Positions 49,626-58,730 of a DNA stretch of 64,000 nt are shown one piece after another. Numbering within the stretch: position 1 is the first letter of the stretch; every line of letters starts with the position of its first letter. The position numbers and the translations under genes were made by a program. The stretch spans positions 5,724 through 69,723 of the forward strand of contig DASYPT010000100.1 of the NCBI GenBank assembly GCA_036006355.1, given 5' to 3'. The stretch is from Pyrinomonadaceae bacterium. GTDB lineage: Bacteria; Acidobacteriota; Blastocatellia; Pyrinomonadales; Pyrinomonadaceae. The notes below the pieces were generated by a model. It did not search any database. It was not told the DNA's origin and saw only the letters and a program-made list of their open reading frames with translations.

Positions 49626-49856
49626 CTATACAGTCCTTCCGAGAATTTACGACCATTTACCCACGATCGTAGCGTCCTGGGAGAGCCAACCTCGTAGCAG
49701 GGTCGATGCTACCACTCGTGCATTGAGTCATCAATCTATATCTGCTTGACGCTCTGGGGTGCCGAACCTAGACTCGTAGCACCGGTTGAGGCCATTTCGA
49801 ACTGCAACTCAGATGCAAGGTTTTGACTCTGAGTTTGCGCCAAAAACGAGATTTTG

Positions 49857-51059
49857 ATGGCGAAACGACAAGTTTATCTAGACCATAGCGCGACAACGCC
49901 TGTCGACGAGCGAGTCGCCGCCGCGATGAGTCGTAGCCTGGCCGAAACGTTTGGCAATGCCTCAAGTGTTCACACTTTTGGTCAGAAGGCTCGCTCGGCA
50001 GTTGACCGCGCACGACGGGAAGTGGCTGCTCTCATCGGTGCTCGTCAGAACGAAATTGTCTTTGTCTCAGGCGGAACCGAGGCAAATAATCTTGCCATCC
50101 GGGGTCTCTCCGAAGCCGCAGCGCAATATGGCCGGCATCTTGTTACTTCAGCTATCGAACACCCTTCGGTCCGCGGAGTGTGTGATCGATTGGAGAAAGA
50201 AGGTTGGGACGTAACACGCTTGCCGGTCTATGACAATGGCATCGTGAAGATTGACGATGTTCGTCAGGCTCTTCGTGCGGATACGGTCCTCGTTACCGCG
50301 ATGCTGGCCAACAATGAAATTGGCACGATTCAACCAGTCAAAGAAATCGGGCGCCTGATTAGAGAGCGTCGAAATTCTGGTCGTAAAAGTCTCTGGTTCC
50401 ATACAGACGCGGTCCAGGCTGCAGGCAGACTGGAGATTGACGTTGATGAGCTCGGCTGTGATCTTCTATCGCTTTCAGGTCACAAACTATACGCGCCCAA
50501 AGGAATCGGAGCTCTTTACGTCAGAAAAGGAGTCAGACTCGTAGAGCAAAATGTAGGTGGACATCAGGAACGTGAACGCCGAGGAGGTACCGAAAACGTT
50601 CCGGGCATCGTTGCTTTTGGAGAAGCTGCAAGGATCGCAGGTGAGGAATTCCAAAAGCGAAACGATCATGTGAAGTCTTTGCGTGATCGATTTGAAGCTG
50701 CCGTTGAGACCAGGATTAGCGAGATCGTTATCAATGGCGACCGCCATCAACGTCTTCCTCACCTGACGAACATCTCATTCAGGTTCATTGAAGGAGAAGG
50801 TTTGCTCATCAACCTGGATATGAATGGTATCGCTGTATCAACCGGTTCAGCGTGCTCCTCTGGAACTCTCGAACCATCACCCGTCATTAGAGCTCTGGGT
50901 CGAAATGATGAACTGGCGCGTGGATCAATTCGGTTTAGTTTCGGAAAAGACAATTCGGAAGCAGATGTTGACTATGTGGTCGAGGTTCTGGTTGAGGTAG
51001 TTGAACGACTTCGTGAGCTTTCTCCGCTTGGGAAAGAAGTCAGTACCACCTCGCGGTAG
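49857..51059 (+). CDS. cysteine desulfurase (NifS/IscS type)
   Basis: SLSGHKLYAPKGIG carries the PLP lysine and STGSACSSG carries the active-site Cys. Confidence 0.9.
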   Translation: MAKRQVYLDHSATTPVDERVAAAMSRSLAETFGNASSVHTFGQKARSAVDRARREVAALIGARQNEIVFVSGGTEANNLAIRGLSEAAAQYGRHLVTSAIEHPSVRGVCDRLEKEGWDVTRLPVYDNGIVKIDDVRQALRADTVLVTAMLANNEIGTIQPVKEIGRLIRERRNSGRKSLWFHTDAVQAAGRLEIDVDELGCDLLSLSGHKLYAPKGIGALYVRKGVRLVEQNVGGHQERERRGGTENVPGIVAFGEAARIAGEEFQKRNDHVKSLRDRFEAAVETRISEIVINGDRHQRLPHLTNISFRFIEGEGLLINLDMNGIAVSTGSACSSGTLEPSPVIRALGRNDELARGSIRFSFGKDNSEADVDYVVEVLVEVVERLRELSPLGKEVSTTSR

Positions 51060-51131
51060 CGGGTGGGTGCGAAGTTTTTTGGCAGCCAACTCTGAGCTTC
51101 GCACCCACCCGCTACCGCGAGGTGGTACTGA
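51039..51131. repeat. 93-bp perfect palindrome (type J), 36-bp arms
   Basis: GTCAGTACCACCTCGCGGTAGCGGGTGGGTGCGAAG ... CTTCGCACCCACCCGCTACCGCGAGGTGGTACTGAC. The left arm contains the last 6 codons and the stop of the desulfurase gene. Confidence 0.95.
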
Positions 51132-51171
51132 CTTCTTCCAACTAATTGAAGCAAAATTAGAACCACTTCAG

Positions 51172-51537
51172 TTGCCATACTCATTAACATTCAAAGATCA
51201 CCTGGCCCATCCACGGAATGTCGGCGAAATCCCAAACGCTTCTGTCATCGCTGAAGAAGTAAATCCTGTTTGCGGCGATCGACTCCGATTGTCGTTAATG
51301 ATTACTAACGGACGGATTGAGCTCGCTAAGTATCTGGCTTACGGCTGTCCTCCGACGCTGGTTATGGGGTCAGTTCTAACCGAATTGATTACTGGTAAGG
51401 CTGTTGACGAGGCGCTGGCGGTAACACGTTCAGACTTGATCGACCAGGTCGGTGGTTTACCAAGTCGCAAACACCACGCGGCTGCGCTCGCAATCGAAGC
51501 ACTCGCGAGCGCGGTCAAAAACTTTGGAGTGCGCTAG
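51172..51537 (+). CDS. IscU/NifU-N-terminal-like Fe-S scaffold protein (atypical)
   Basis: With a TTG start at 51172 the N-terminus is (M)PYSLTFKDHLAHPRNVGE, matching the IscU N-terminus. NPVCGD and YGCPP are present, but the third Cys position reads KHHAAALA. The track start at 51001 lies inside the upstream gene and repeat. Confidence 0.7.
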   Translation: MPYSLTFKDHLAHPRNVGEIPNASVIAEEVNPVCGDRLRLSLMITNGRIELAKYLAYGCPPTLVMGSVLTELITGKAVDEALAVTRSDLIDQVGGLPSRKHHAAALAIEALASAVKNFGVR

Positions 51538-51651
51538 CCTGCTAGCGCTTTGTTACAAGTGACGCTAACCAACCTGTCCTCTAACTAAACCCAAATCGTC
51601 GATTGACAAGTAGCCTGTGACAAAGCGACGGCAGGCCGTCGCACTCCAAAG
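51522..51651. repeat. family C palindrome copy 2
   Basis: CTTTGGAGTGCGCTAGCCTGCTAGCGCTTTGTTACA ... TGTGACAAAGCGACGGCAGGCCGTCGCACTCCAAAG. It fills the convergent gap. The left arm encodes NFGVR* of the scaffold gene, and the right end is 1 nt from the PBP stop. Confidence 0.9.
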
Positions 51652-51652
51652 A

Positions 51653-54367
51653 TCATGGCTGCGGTGTACCAACAACCCTCGGCCTGCTGGATGAATCCCC
51701 TGCCTTACCTCGGTGATACTCCGGCCCACAATACTTTTTCGGTTCCGTTCCCAACACGAAAGTCTTGGTTCTAATCACCGGACATGAATCACTCGCAAGC
51801 AATCCGGTTGTTGGATCAATATCCAGAGTAATCGTTCCTTCTAAATGGCCTTCGGGCACGGCGGTAACTGGTTTTCGAGGCAAGGGTGACGGTAACGGCG
51901 CTACAGTCGGTGTCACTTCTGGAGTTGCTTCTTCTGCGGGCGAGGCCGAGGGCTGTTCTTCTGGAGTCGCCTGCTCAGTCCCTTCAGGGGACTCATGATT
52001 GGGTCCAGTTCCGTTGATGAAATACTCAGTCCGCTTTTCGGTATCACCCGCGGCGCTCGGTTGTCCTGTCTCCGGATTAATTTCGATAGCTTCGACGCCC
52101 GCGGGCATTTGCCAATCGCCGGCCCACTCAGGGTGTTCATTTAAAGCGAACGACATGAAGTCGGACCAGATCGGCAACGCTGAATTCGCACCAGTCAAAC
52201 CCAGCTGCGAGCCATCATCGAAACCTACCCAAACCGCACAGACCAAATTCGGCGTATAACCAGCAAACCAACCGTCTCTAGACGTGCCTGTCTTACCAGC
52301 CAACACTCCCTTCAATCCACGAGCTCTGACTTTTGAAGCAGTGCCACGGTTGATTACGTCCTTCATGAACGAAGTCATAACGAATGCGACGTCCGGCCTA
52401 AGGACTTCACTGCGCTGAGGTGTTGGTGCAGCAACTGTCACTCCTTCGCCAGTCGTAATCCGGTTAATGGCAATCGGTGTTGTCCGTGAACCAAGGTTCG
52501 CAAAAGCAGTATATGCAGAGGCAATCTGCAACGGTGTTGCTTCGCTGGTCCCTAAGGCCATGGCAGGGTATGCACGCGGTGGTTTCGGTAAACCTGCTTT
52601 AGCAGCGAGGTTCATCACCCGGCCAATCGTCACTTCCATTGCCACGTCTACAGTAACGACGTTCAGACTGTGAACAATCGCGTCACGTAACGTAACCGGC
52701 TTATTCGAATAAGTGTCCCCAAAGTTACCCGGCGAATACTCCTGATTGTCGAAGGTGAAGGTCTTCGGTTCATCCATGAAGGTCGTTGCGGGAGTGATCA
52801 CTCGTGGCACCGGATCGTAGGCGGTGTTGAGCGCCGTTGCATAAACAAACGGCTTGAAGACTGAACCAGGTTGACGAAAGGCATCAGCCGCCCGATTAAG
52901 TTGACTCTTCGAATAGTCTCGTCCGCCGACCATCGCAACGATCTCGCCAGTCTTCGCATTCATCGCGACCAGAGCGGCTTGCAGCGTTCCGGGTTGAAAT
53001 CTCTTGGCCTCGATTTTGTCGAGCTCGACCAGTTGCCTGGTGAGGGCTGCGTACGCTGCGCGCTGCAAATCCATATCAATGGTCGTGTAGATCCGTAGAT
53101 GTTCGGCGCCGCCCGGGCCTGCAATCATGTCGCCCAATTGGTTCTGAACATAATCAGCAAAGTAAGGCGCATCAGAGACGTCTATGCGTCCTTTGGTAGG
53201 TGCAACCTGCAGCGGCGTTTCTTTAGCGATCTTTGCTTCGTCCGTGTTAATTGCCCCGGTCTCCAACATCGAGTCAAGCACCTGGTTACGTCTTGCAGTC
53301 GCCGTTTGCAGGTCCCGGTATGGGTTGTAGCGATTTGGACTCCGAATGAGCCCTGCCAGGAATGCCGCTTCCGGCAGAGTTAGATTTGTGACGTCTTTGT
53401 TGAAATACGCGCTTGCAGCTTCGCCCATCCCATTGATTGAGAACCCTGCTTGTTGGCCCATGTAGATCTGATTGCAATACAGTTCGAAGATCTTCTGCTT
53501 CGAGAGACGAGTCTCGAGGATGACCGACATGTAGGCTTCGGAGATTTTTCGCTTAGGAGAGTACTCAGGAGACAGCAAAAGGTTTTTAACTAACTGTTGC
53601 GTGATGCTGGAACCGCCCTGTCTCGCTAAAGGTGAATTTGGATCTATGTCGTAACGACGAACAGCGGCGCGGATGATTCCACGAATGTTCACTCCATAGT
53701 GTTCGAAGAAAGACCGGTCTTCAGTAACTGTAATCGCCTTCCGAAGATGTTCCGGGATGTCGTTGAAACCTACTACTTTCCTTTTTGCGCGCTCATGCCC
53801 GGTTACTGAGCTGATCAACTCTGGTTCAAGCCAAACCTGTTGAAATGAACCACGCCCATCGAGGTCGGACAAAGATGCGATTGCCTTGCCGGTCTTGGCG
53901 AACTGCACACGCACTCTTTGAAACTGCTGCTGACCGTCCACCGTCGAAGCACTACTTGGTTCAACGTCAACCGCAGTTCCATTGATCGTATAACGTCCTC
54001 GGGCATTATCGGCTTGCGCGCTCTTCTCAACATAACCAGCGCGCTTTAGAAATGCTATTACTTCGTCCTCAGAGATCGATTCGTTAACTCGAAGTTGCTT
54101 AGGCGCAGCGTAAATACCTGCGGAGCGAGTGTAGACTTCGCCTTTCAGAAGATTGTCAATGCGAGCTGAGAAGACAGTCCAATAGTAGACAAGGATTCCA
54201 ATTACAATTGCACTTGTAAAGACGACAGGAATAACTACATAGGGGCTTAGCAGTTTTCGCAACAGACGTCGCCAAAAACTCTGATGGGGTTGTATGTAGC
54301 TAACCATTCTTTGATCGCGCATTGTGCGCGACGGCGTCGGGTTATTTGGTGGATACCGGACTGGCAT
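51653..54367 (-). CDS. penicillin-binding protein 1A (bifunctional glycosyltransferase/transpeptidase)
   Basis: EDRSFFEHYGV and GGSSITQQL are GT51 motifs. SVFKP, SLN and KTGT are transpeptidase motifs. There is an N-terminal TM helix and a P/E/T-rich tail. Confidence 0.9.
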   Translation of the reverse strand: MPVRYPPNNPTPSRTMRDQRMVSYIQPHQSFWRRLLRKLLSPYVVIPVVFTSAIVIGILVYYWTVFSARIDNLLKGEVYTRSAGIYAAPKQLRVNESISEDEVIAFLKRAGYVEKSAQADNARGRYTINGTAVDVEPSSASTVDGQQQFQRVRVQFAKTGKAIASLSDLDGRGSFQQVWLEPELISSVTGHERAKRKVVGFNDIPEHLRKAITVTEDRSFFEHYGVNIRGIIRAAVRRYDIDPNSPLARQGGSSITQQLVKNLLLSPEYSPKRKISEAYMSVILETRLSKQKIFELYCNQIYMGQQAGFSINGMGEAASAYFNKDVTNLTLPEAAFLAGLIRSPNRYNPYRDLQTATARRNQVLDSMLETGAINTDEAKIAKETPLQVAPTKGRIDVSDAPYFADYVQNQLGDMIAGPGGAEHLRIYTTIDMDLQRAAYAALTRQLVELDKIEAKRFQPGTLQAALVAMNAKTGEIVAMVGGRDYSKSQLNRAADAFRQPGSVFKPFVYATALNTAYDPVPRVITPATTFMDEPKTFTFDNQEYSPGNFGDTYSNKPVTLRDAIVHSLNVVTVDVAMEVTIGRVMNLAAKAGLPKPPRAYPAMALGTSEATPLQIASAYTAFANLGSRTTPIAINRITTGEGVTVAAPTPQRSEVLRPDVAFVMTSFMKDVINRGTASKVRARGLKGVLAGKTGTSRDGWFAGYTPNLVCAVWVGFDDGSQLGLTGANSALPIWSDFMSFALNEHPEWAGDWQMPAGVEAIEINPETGQPSAAGDTEKRTEYFINGTGPNHESPEGTEQATPEEQPSASPAEEATPEVTPTVAPLPSPLPRKPVTAVPEGHLEGTITLDIDPTTGLLASDSCPVIRTKTFVLGTEPKKYCGPEYHRGKAGDSSSRPRVVGTPQP

Positions 54368-54506
54368 AAATCGTCGGGCGTTTAGTTACGCCACTTCTCA
54401 TCCTACGAATTATCTGAGATGCGGTTCTCCTTCAGTTCAGTTTACGTGGTTATCCTCAGTCATTTGCGTGGCACTCCTCTTTGGAGTGCGATACCCTGTT
54501 TGAGAG

Positions 54507-54597
54507 ATTGCCGATTTCCAATTGCCGATTGCCGATTAAATCGCTGCGAAGCCGATCAATCTGTTCAACCGGCAATCGACAATTGGAAATCGGCAAT
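54507..54597. repeat. family D palindrome copy 2
   Basis: ATTGCCGATTTCCAATTGCCGATTGCCGATT ... AACCGGCAATCGACAATTGGAAATCGGCAAT, in the divergent promoter region. Confidence 0.85.
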
Positions 54598-54626
54598 AGT
54601 GATTGACCTGCAGTCTCGTCCCGAAC

Positions 54627-55673
54627 ATGAGTCTAACATCCAGTCTGCGTCCGACGGGTAAGAATCGCACTAGTCTGCGCATTGGTGTGATTGCAGTAGG
54701 ATGCGCAATCGGCGTGGGAACCGTCGTGTTCCACCACATCGAGGGCTGGTCTATACTGGACAGCCTTTATGTAACGGCCCAAACGGTCACAACGGTCGGT
54801 TTTGGTGATTTGACGCCGCGAACGGTCTGGGGCCGGGCATTTGCCACCGTGTTTATGTTGGTGGGAGTTGGAATTGTTCTGTACGCTCTGACCAGTGCTG
54901 TTCAATCCATCGTCCAATCGGAAATGGTGGCCACGTTTGGCCGACGAAGGCTTTCACGCAAAATGAGTAAACTGCGGAATCATTTTATCATTTGTGGCGC
55001 CGGCCGAGTCGGCTCGCATTTGATCCGTAGTCTTCAAGGCAGCGACGAAACCTTCATCGTCATCGAAAGCAATGCAGAAAAAGTCAGCCAGCTGCTCGAC
55101 TTTGGCATCGCGGTCCTGGTTCGCGACGCGACTCTCGAAGAAAGCTTGATTGAAGCGGGTGTGGAAAATGCAAAAGGCCTGGCCGCGTGTTTACCAAACG
55201 ACGCAGATAACGTTTATGTTGTTCTAACTGCGCGTGCCTTGAACCCGGATATCCATATCGTGGCTCGCGCTGCTGAAGAACAGGCTGAGGCAAAATTGAT
55301 CAGAGCAGGAGCAAATCGCGTCGTGGCGCCTACGATAATTGGGGGCCACCGAATGGCAATGGCTTTGACAAAACCAGCCGTGGGCGACTTTCTTGATTCA
55401 ATCACTGCCAATCAACTCGACCTTGGGTTTGAGCAACTTGAAGTGGAACCGGTGTCGTCTTTTGTGGGGCGTCGTTTGAGTGACACAAATATCCGGTCTC
55501 AGCTGAACATAGTTATTGTCAGCATTAGAAGAGTTAACGGAGAGATAGTCTTCAATCCAAACGCCGAAGCGGTAATACAAGCTGGCGATATGCTGATTGC
55601 GATCGGCAGTGCTGAATCACTGGCAAAATTAACAGCCCTGGCACGCGGGCAGGCTGCAGCGGTTCCAGCTTGA
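54627..55673 (+). CDS. potassium channel with RCK (TrkA-N/TrkA-C) domains
   Basis: TVTTVGFGDLTP is the selectivity filter, IICGAGRVGS is a Rossmann motif, and a C-terminal TrkA-C domain follows. Start set at ATG 54627. Confidence 0.85.
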   Translation: MSLTSSLRPTGKNRTSLRIGVIAVGCAIGVGTVVFHHIEGWSILDSLYVTAQTVTTVGFGDLTPRTVWGRAFATVFMLVGVGIVLYALTSAVQSIVQSEMVATFGRRRLSRKMSKLRNHFIICGAGRVGSHLIRSLQGSDETFIVIESNAEKVSQLLDFGIAVLVRDATLEESLIEAGVENAKGLAACLPNDADNVYVVLTARALNPDIHIVARAAEEQAEAKLIRAGANRVVAPTIIGGHRMAMALTKPAVGDFLDSITANQLDLGFEQLEVEPVSSFVGRRLSDTNIRSQLNIVIVSIRRVNGEIVFNPNAEAVIQAGDMLIAIGSAESLAKLTALARGQAAAVPA

Positions 55674-55676
55674 TTG

Positions 55677-55804
55677 TCCGACGAACTTTAGTTTGTCGTG
55701 GTTCCAAAGAGATTAGCCCCAGATTACACAGATGAAACAGATCAGAAGACGTGAAGCCTTTACGCAATTCCTATCCGTCTCATCTGTATAAATCTGTGGC
55801 TAAG
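55677..55804. repeat. family A copy 3 (right outer end missing)
   Basis: The left end is GTCCGACGAACTTTAGTTTGTCGTGG. The inner inverted pair is TTAGCCCCAGATTACACAGATG / CATCTGTATAAATCTGTGGCTAA. It has no right GTCGGAC end. It starts 3 nt after the channel stop. Confidence 0.8.
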
Positions 55805-55819
55805 TGAGTTTCTGATTTC

Positions 55820-56665
55820 ATGAAGATTCTGGTAACCGGCGGTAGCGGCTATTTGGGCAGTCATGTACGCCGCTATTTTTCAGCTGACGATTTCTCGCGA
55901 CGATCCAATCTCGACATACTAAACTCCAGAGACACGGAACTGGTTCAGGACTATGACGCAGTGATTCACCTCGCCGCGTGTATGGATAAGTCTTCTGCCG
56001 GGGCGGATCTTTCTTTTCGAACCAACACAGAAGGAACCAGGAACGTGCTGCAGCACATGCGACCCAATTGCGTATTCATCTACGCCTCGACGAAAGATGT
56101 ATACGGTAAACACGCCAATGCGTATCCAACTGCGGTTCCCGAGACTTGTGAAACGACATACGCTAACCACTCAGCGTTCGAGTGGTCGAAACTGATTGGT
56201 GAACGTTACGTCGAATATTATGCCGCTCAACGAAACTTTCGGGCGTGTGTTTTCAGACTTTCCGCGGTGTACGCTCGACCTACCTCAGGAAATGAAAATG
56301 GATTCGTGACCCATTACGTCGAGTCAGTAAAGCATGGCTGGCCAATTCGTTTGCCCGCCTCGGCGGATCCACGTCGTGACATTCTTTATGTAGACGACTT
56401 TTCACGTGCCTGTCAGGCCTTCATTGATTCCGCGCTGCTCTTCGGCCTTTACAATGTGGGCGGTGGAAGTGCAAACGCAGCATATTTGCGTGAGATAATT
56501 CAAACGGTCGGGAATCTAATTGCGTTGGAGCCTGTGATTCAAAACGATGAGAGGCTTCCGCTTCCTGAGCCTCTAAATTACGTGTCTGATTTGACGCGCA
56601 TTCGTGCAGAGTTAGGCTGGGAACCAAGAGTAGGAAATGAAGAAGGTTTGAGGAATTTACTTTAG
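55820..56665 (+). CDS. extended-SDR epimerase/dehydratase-like protein (atypical active site)
   Basis: Contains VTGGSGYLGSH and ASTKDVYG. The YxxxK position reads FEWSK. Confidence 0.7.
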   Translation: MKILVTGGSGYLGSHVRRYFSADDFSRRSNLDILNSRDTELVQDYDAVIHLAACMDKSSAGADLSFRTNTEGTRNVLQHMRPNCVFIYASTKDVYGKHANAYPTAVPETCETTYANHSAFEWSKLIGERYVEYYAAQRNFRACVFRLSAVYARPTSGNENGFVTHYVESVKHGWPIRLPASADPRRDILYVDDFSRACQAFIDSALLFGLYNVGGGSANAAYLREIIQTVGNLIALEPVIQNDERLPLPEPLNYVSDLTRIRAELGWEPRVGNEEGLRNLL

Positions 56666-56700
56666 TGTACGACAGGCTCACAGCCTGTCGTACATCAAAC

Positions 56701-57798
56701 ATGTCACTAGTGATTGCAAAAGCAATAAAACGCGTGGTTGTTCGCGGTACCAACTGGGTCGGCGACTCAGTGATGAGCGTGCCGGCACTTCGAGCGTTAC
56801 GGAGAGTTCTTCCGGATGCAAAGATCACACTGGTAATACGACCTGGGGTGCGAGGTCTGTTCGCTGATGCTGACTTTATCGATGAGCTACTAGTCTACAA
56901 TCGGCGAAGTATGTTCTCGGCGTTTGGCCAGGTACGCGAGTGGAAAAAGCGAAACTTCGATCTGGCGTTGTTGTTTCAAAATGCATTTGAAGCAGCACTG
57001 ATTCCCTTCCTTGCCGGCGTTCCCTTGCGACTCGGGTATGCGACTGAATCGCGACAGGCCCTCCTCTCGCATCCTCTTGCTTTACCTGACTGGCGATCAA
57101 CTCGACATGAAGTCTTCTACTACCTTTATCTGGTAACGGCGCTCGAACAGCTGCTGTATCAAACGAGCACCATCTGTGAAGCTGATCCGGATGCCTCATT
57201 GGAGTTATCTGAATCTCGCCGACAAGAAGCAGCCCGAATTCTACAGGCTATTGGAGTAAACAGTGACCGCAGTATTGTGGCGATCTGTCCAGGCTCGATT
57301 AACAGCCGAGCAAAACGCTGGCCCGCGGAATCTTTCGCGCAACTGGCAGATAGACTGTTGGAGGAACGACGTCAGGTTGTATTAGTCGGTTCGAAGGCGG
57401 AGGAGGATGTTTCGCAGGAAGTTACAAGCAGGATGCGCAACAAGCCTGTTGTGTTAACAGGCAAGACAACAATCGATCAACTTACTTCAGTTCTGGGTGT
57501 CGTTGATTTGGTATTAACGAATGACACTGGACCCGCTCACATTGCTGCGGCATTGGGTCGACCGACCCTTGTGATTTTCGGTCCCACCAATCCTCTAACA
57601 ACGAGACCATTTTCTGGTCAGGCTGAAATTCTGAGGCACCCACCTGAGTGCGCACCTTGTATGCTTCGCGATTGTCCAATCGATCATCGTTGCATGACTG
57701 CGATCACCGTCGAAGAAGTTTTAGAACAATCGAATGTGATGCTCAAGCGAAGCAGTTTCGCAAAAGCGGCAAGGAGTTTGTGCGACTCGGTCGCATGA
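56701..57798 (+). CDS. waaF: GT9 ADP-heptose:LPS heptosyltransferase (WaaF-like)
   Basis: Contains RGTNWVGDSVMSVPALRAL and TNDTGPAHIAAALGRPTLVIFGPT. Start set at ATG 56701, because the track start lies in a small hairpin. Confidence 0.8.
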   Translation: MSLVIAKAIKRVVVRGTNWVGDSVMSVPALRALRRVLPDAKITLVIRPGVRGLFADADFIDELLVYNRRSMFSAFGQVREWKKRNFDLALLFQNAFEAALIPFLAGVPLRLGYATESRQALLSHPLALPDWRSTRHEVFYYLYLVTALEQLLYQTSTICEADPDASLELSESRRQEAARILQAIGVNSDRSIVAICPGSINSRAKRWPAESFAQLADRLLEERRQVVLVGSKAEEDVSQEVTSRMRNKPVVLTGKTTIDQLTSVLGVVDLVLTNDTGPAHIAAALGRPTLVIFGPTNPLTTRPFSGQAEILRHPPECAPCMLRDCPIDHRCMTAITVEEVLEQSNVMLKRSSFAKAARSLCDSVA

Positions 57799-58382
57799 CT
57801 AATCAGATGGCAAAATCGGCGGTGTTTATTGATCGTGACGGAACCATCTCGGAAGAAGTTGGTTATGTGAATCATCCGTCACGCTTTCGAGTGTTTCAGT
57901 ACTCAAGCGAGGCGATTAAGAAACTAAATGATGCAGGCTGGCTAGCGATCCTGGTCACGAATCAAGCGGGCGTCGCACGCGGTTACTTCTCGGAAGATGT
58001 CATCACGGAAGTCCATAACCGTCTGAATAAAGAGCTGGCTCAGCAGAACGCTCGACTCGATGCAATCTACTACTGCGCTCACCATCCTAGCGTCGGTGAA
58101 CCACCGTATCGGCTAGACTGTGATTGCCGGAAACCAAAGGACGGATTGATCAAACGTGCTGCAGGTGATTTCGATATTGATTTGCCTGGCAGTTGGATGA
58201 TTGGCGATCGTTATAGCGACATCGAGCTCGCGCACAATGCCGGTTTAAGGTCAGCATTTGTTTTGAGTGGATATGGTCGTGGAGAGTGGGAATATCAGCG
58301 CAGTTCGTGGGTTCTCCAACCAGAGCTCGTTTCTGAGAATCTCTTGGAGGCGGTGAACTCTATAGTTCGCGTTACTCTATAA
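57795..58382 (+). CDS. gmhB: D-glycero-D-manno-heptose 1,7-bisphosphate phosphatase
   Basis: VFIDRDGTI is HAD motif I and CAHHP...CDCRKP is the zinc motif. ATG 57795 overlaps the waaF stop (ATGA). Confidence 0.88.
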   Translation: MTNQMAKSAVFIDRDGTISEEVGYVNHPSRFRVFQYSSEAIKKLNDAGWLAILVTNQAGVARGYFSEDVITEVHNRLNKELAQQNARLDAIYYCAHHPSVGEPPYRLDCDCRKPKDGLIKRAAGDFDIDLPGSWMIGDRYSDIELAHNAGLRSAFVLSGYGRGEWEYQRSSWVLQPELVSENLLEAVNSIVRVTL

Positions 58383-58488
58383 ACTCAGCGAATGAAGCGA
58401 TAATCCAAAGTTTGATCGATGAACATATAGCCCGAAACCACGAGCTCCGCGCACAAGCGCAGAGTTATTGTTACCGAAACTCCTCACC

Positions 58489-58730
58489 ATGGACTTTGAA
58501 ATTGTCAGCGAAAAACAGCGATCGAACCAATTGCCAAGGGCAAAGGAGTTCGCGGCCGTAGTCGTCTACGAAGGCTCTATGGTGGCAATCGTTGGCGGAA
58601 GTTGAAGGGAGTTGCTCAGGTACGACTGTCGAATGGTAGGATACGGAAGGCTGAGATTCACTGGTACGAAGGGCACGGAGTTGGCAGACGAGAATTCAAA
58701 ATAAAACTTCCATTCTTAGATTCGCAATGA
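58489..58730 (+). pseudogene. small, very basic protein gene interrupted by a 1-nt frameshift at an A5 run
   Basis: Frame 1 from ATG 58489 reads MDFEIVSEK... and stops at 58605. The frame ending at 58730 is open from 58500 with no start codon and reads ...AIEPIAKGKGVRGRSRLRRLYGGNRWRKLKGVAQVRLSNGRIRKAEIHWYEGHGVGRREFKIKLPFLDSQ*. One extra A at 58511-58515 joins the two into an 80-aa ORF. Confidence 0.5.

Noticed and set aside
49626-49856. The 230-bp gap upstream of the cysteine desulfurase, and the 320-bp gap at 25107-25426, were checked for tRNA, riboswitch or small RNA signatures.
   Set aside because: I saw no cloverleaf-compatible sequence and no conserved riboswitch core blocks by eye. A covariance-model scan would be needed to exclude ncRNAs.
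56666-56692. A small hairpin GTACGACAGGCTCACAGCCTGTCGTAC between the SDR and waaF, considered as a terminator or another repeat family.
   Set aside because: No T-run follows it, there is only one copy, and the genes around it appear co-oriented and tightly spaced. It is noted only because it creates a false N-terminus for ORF 56665..57798.
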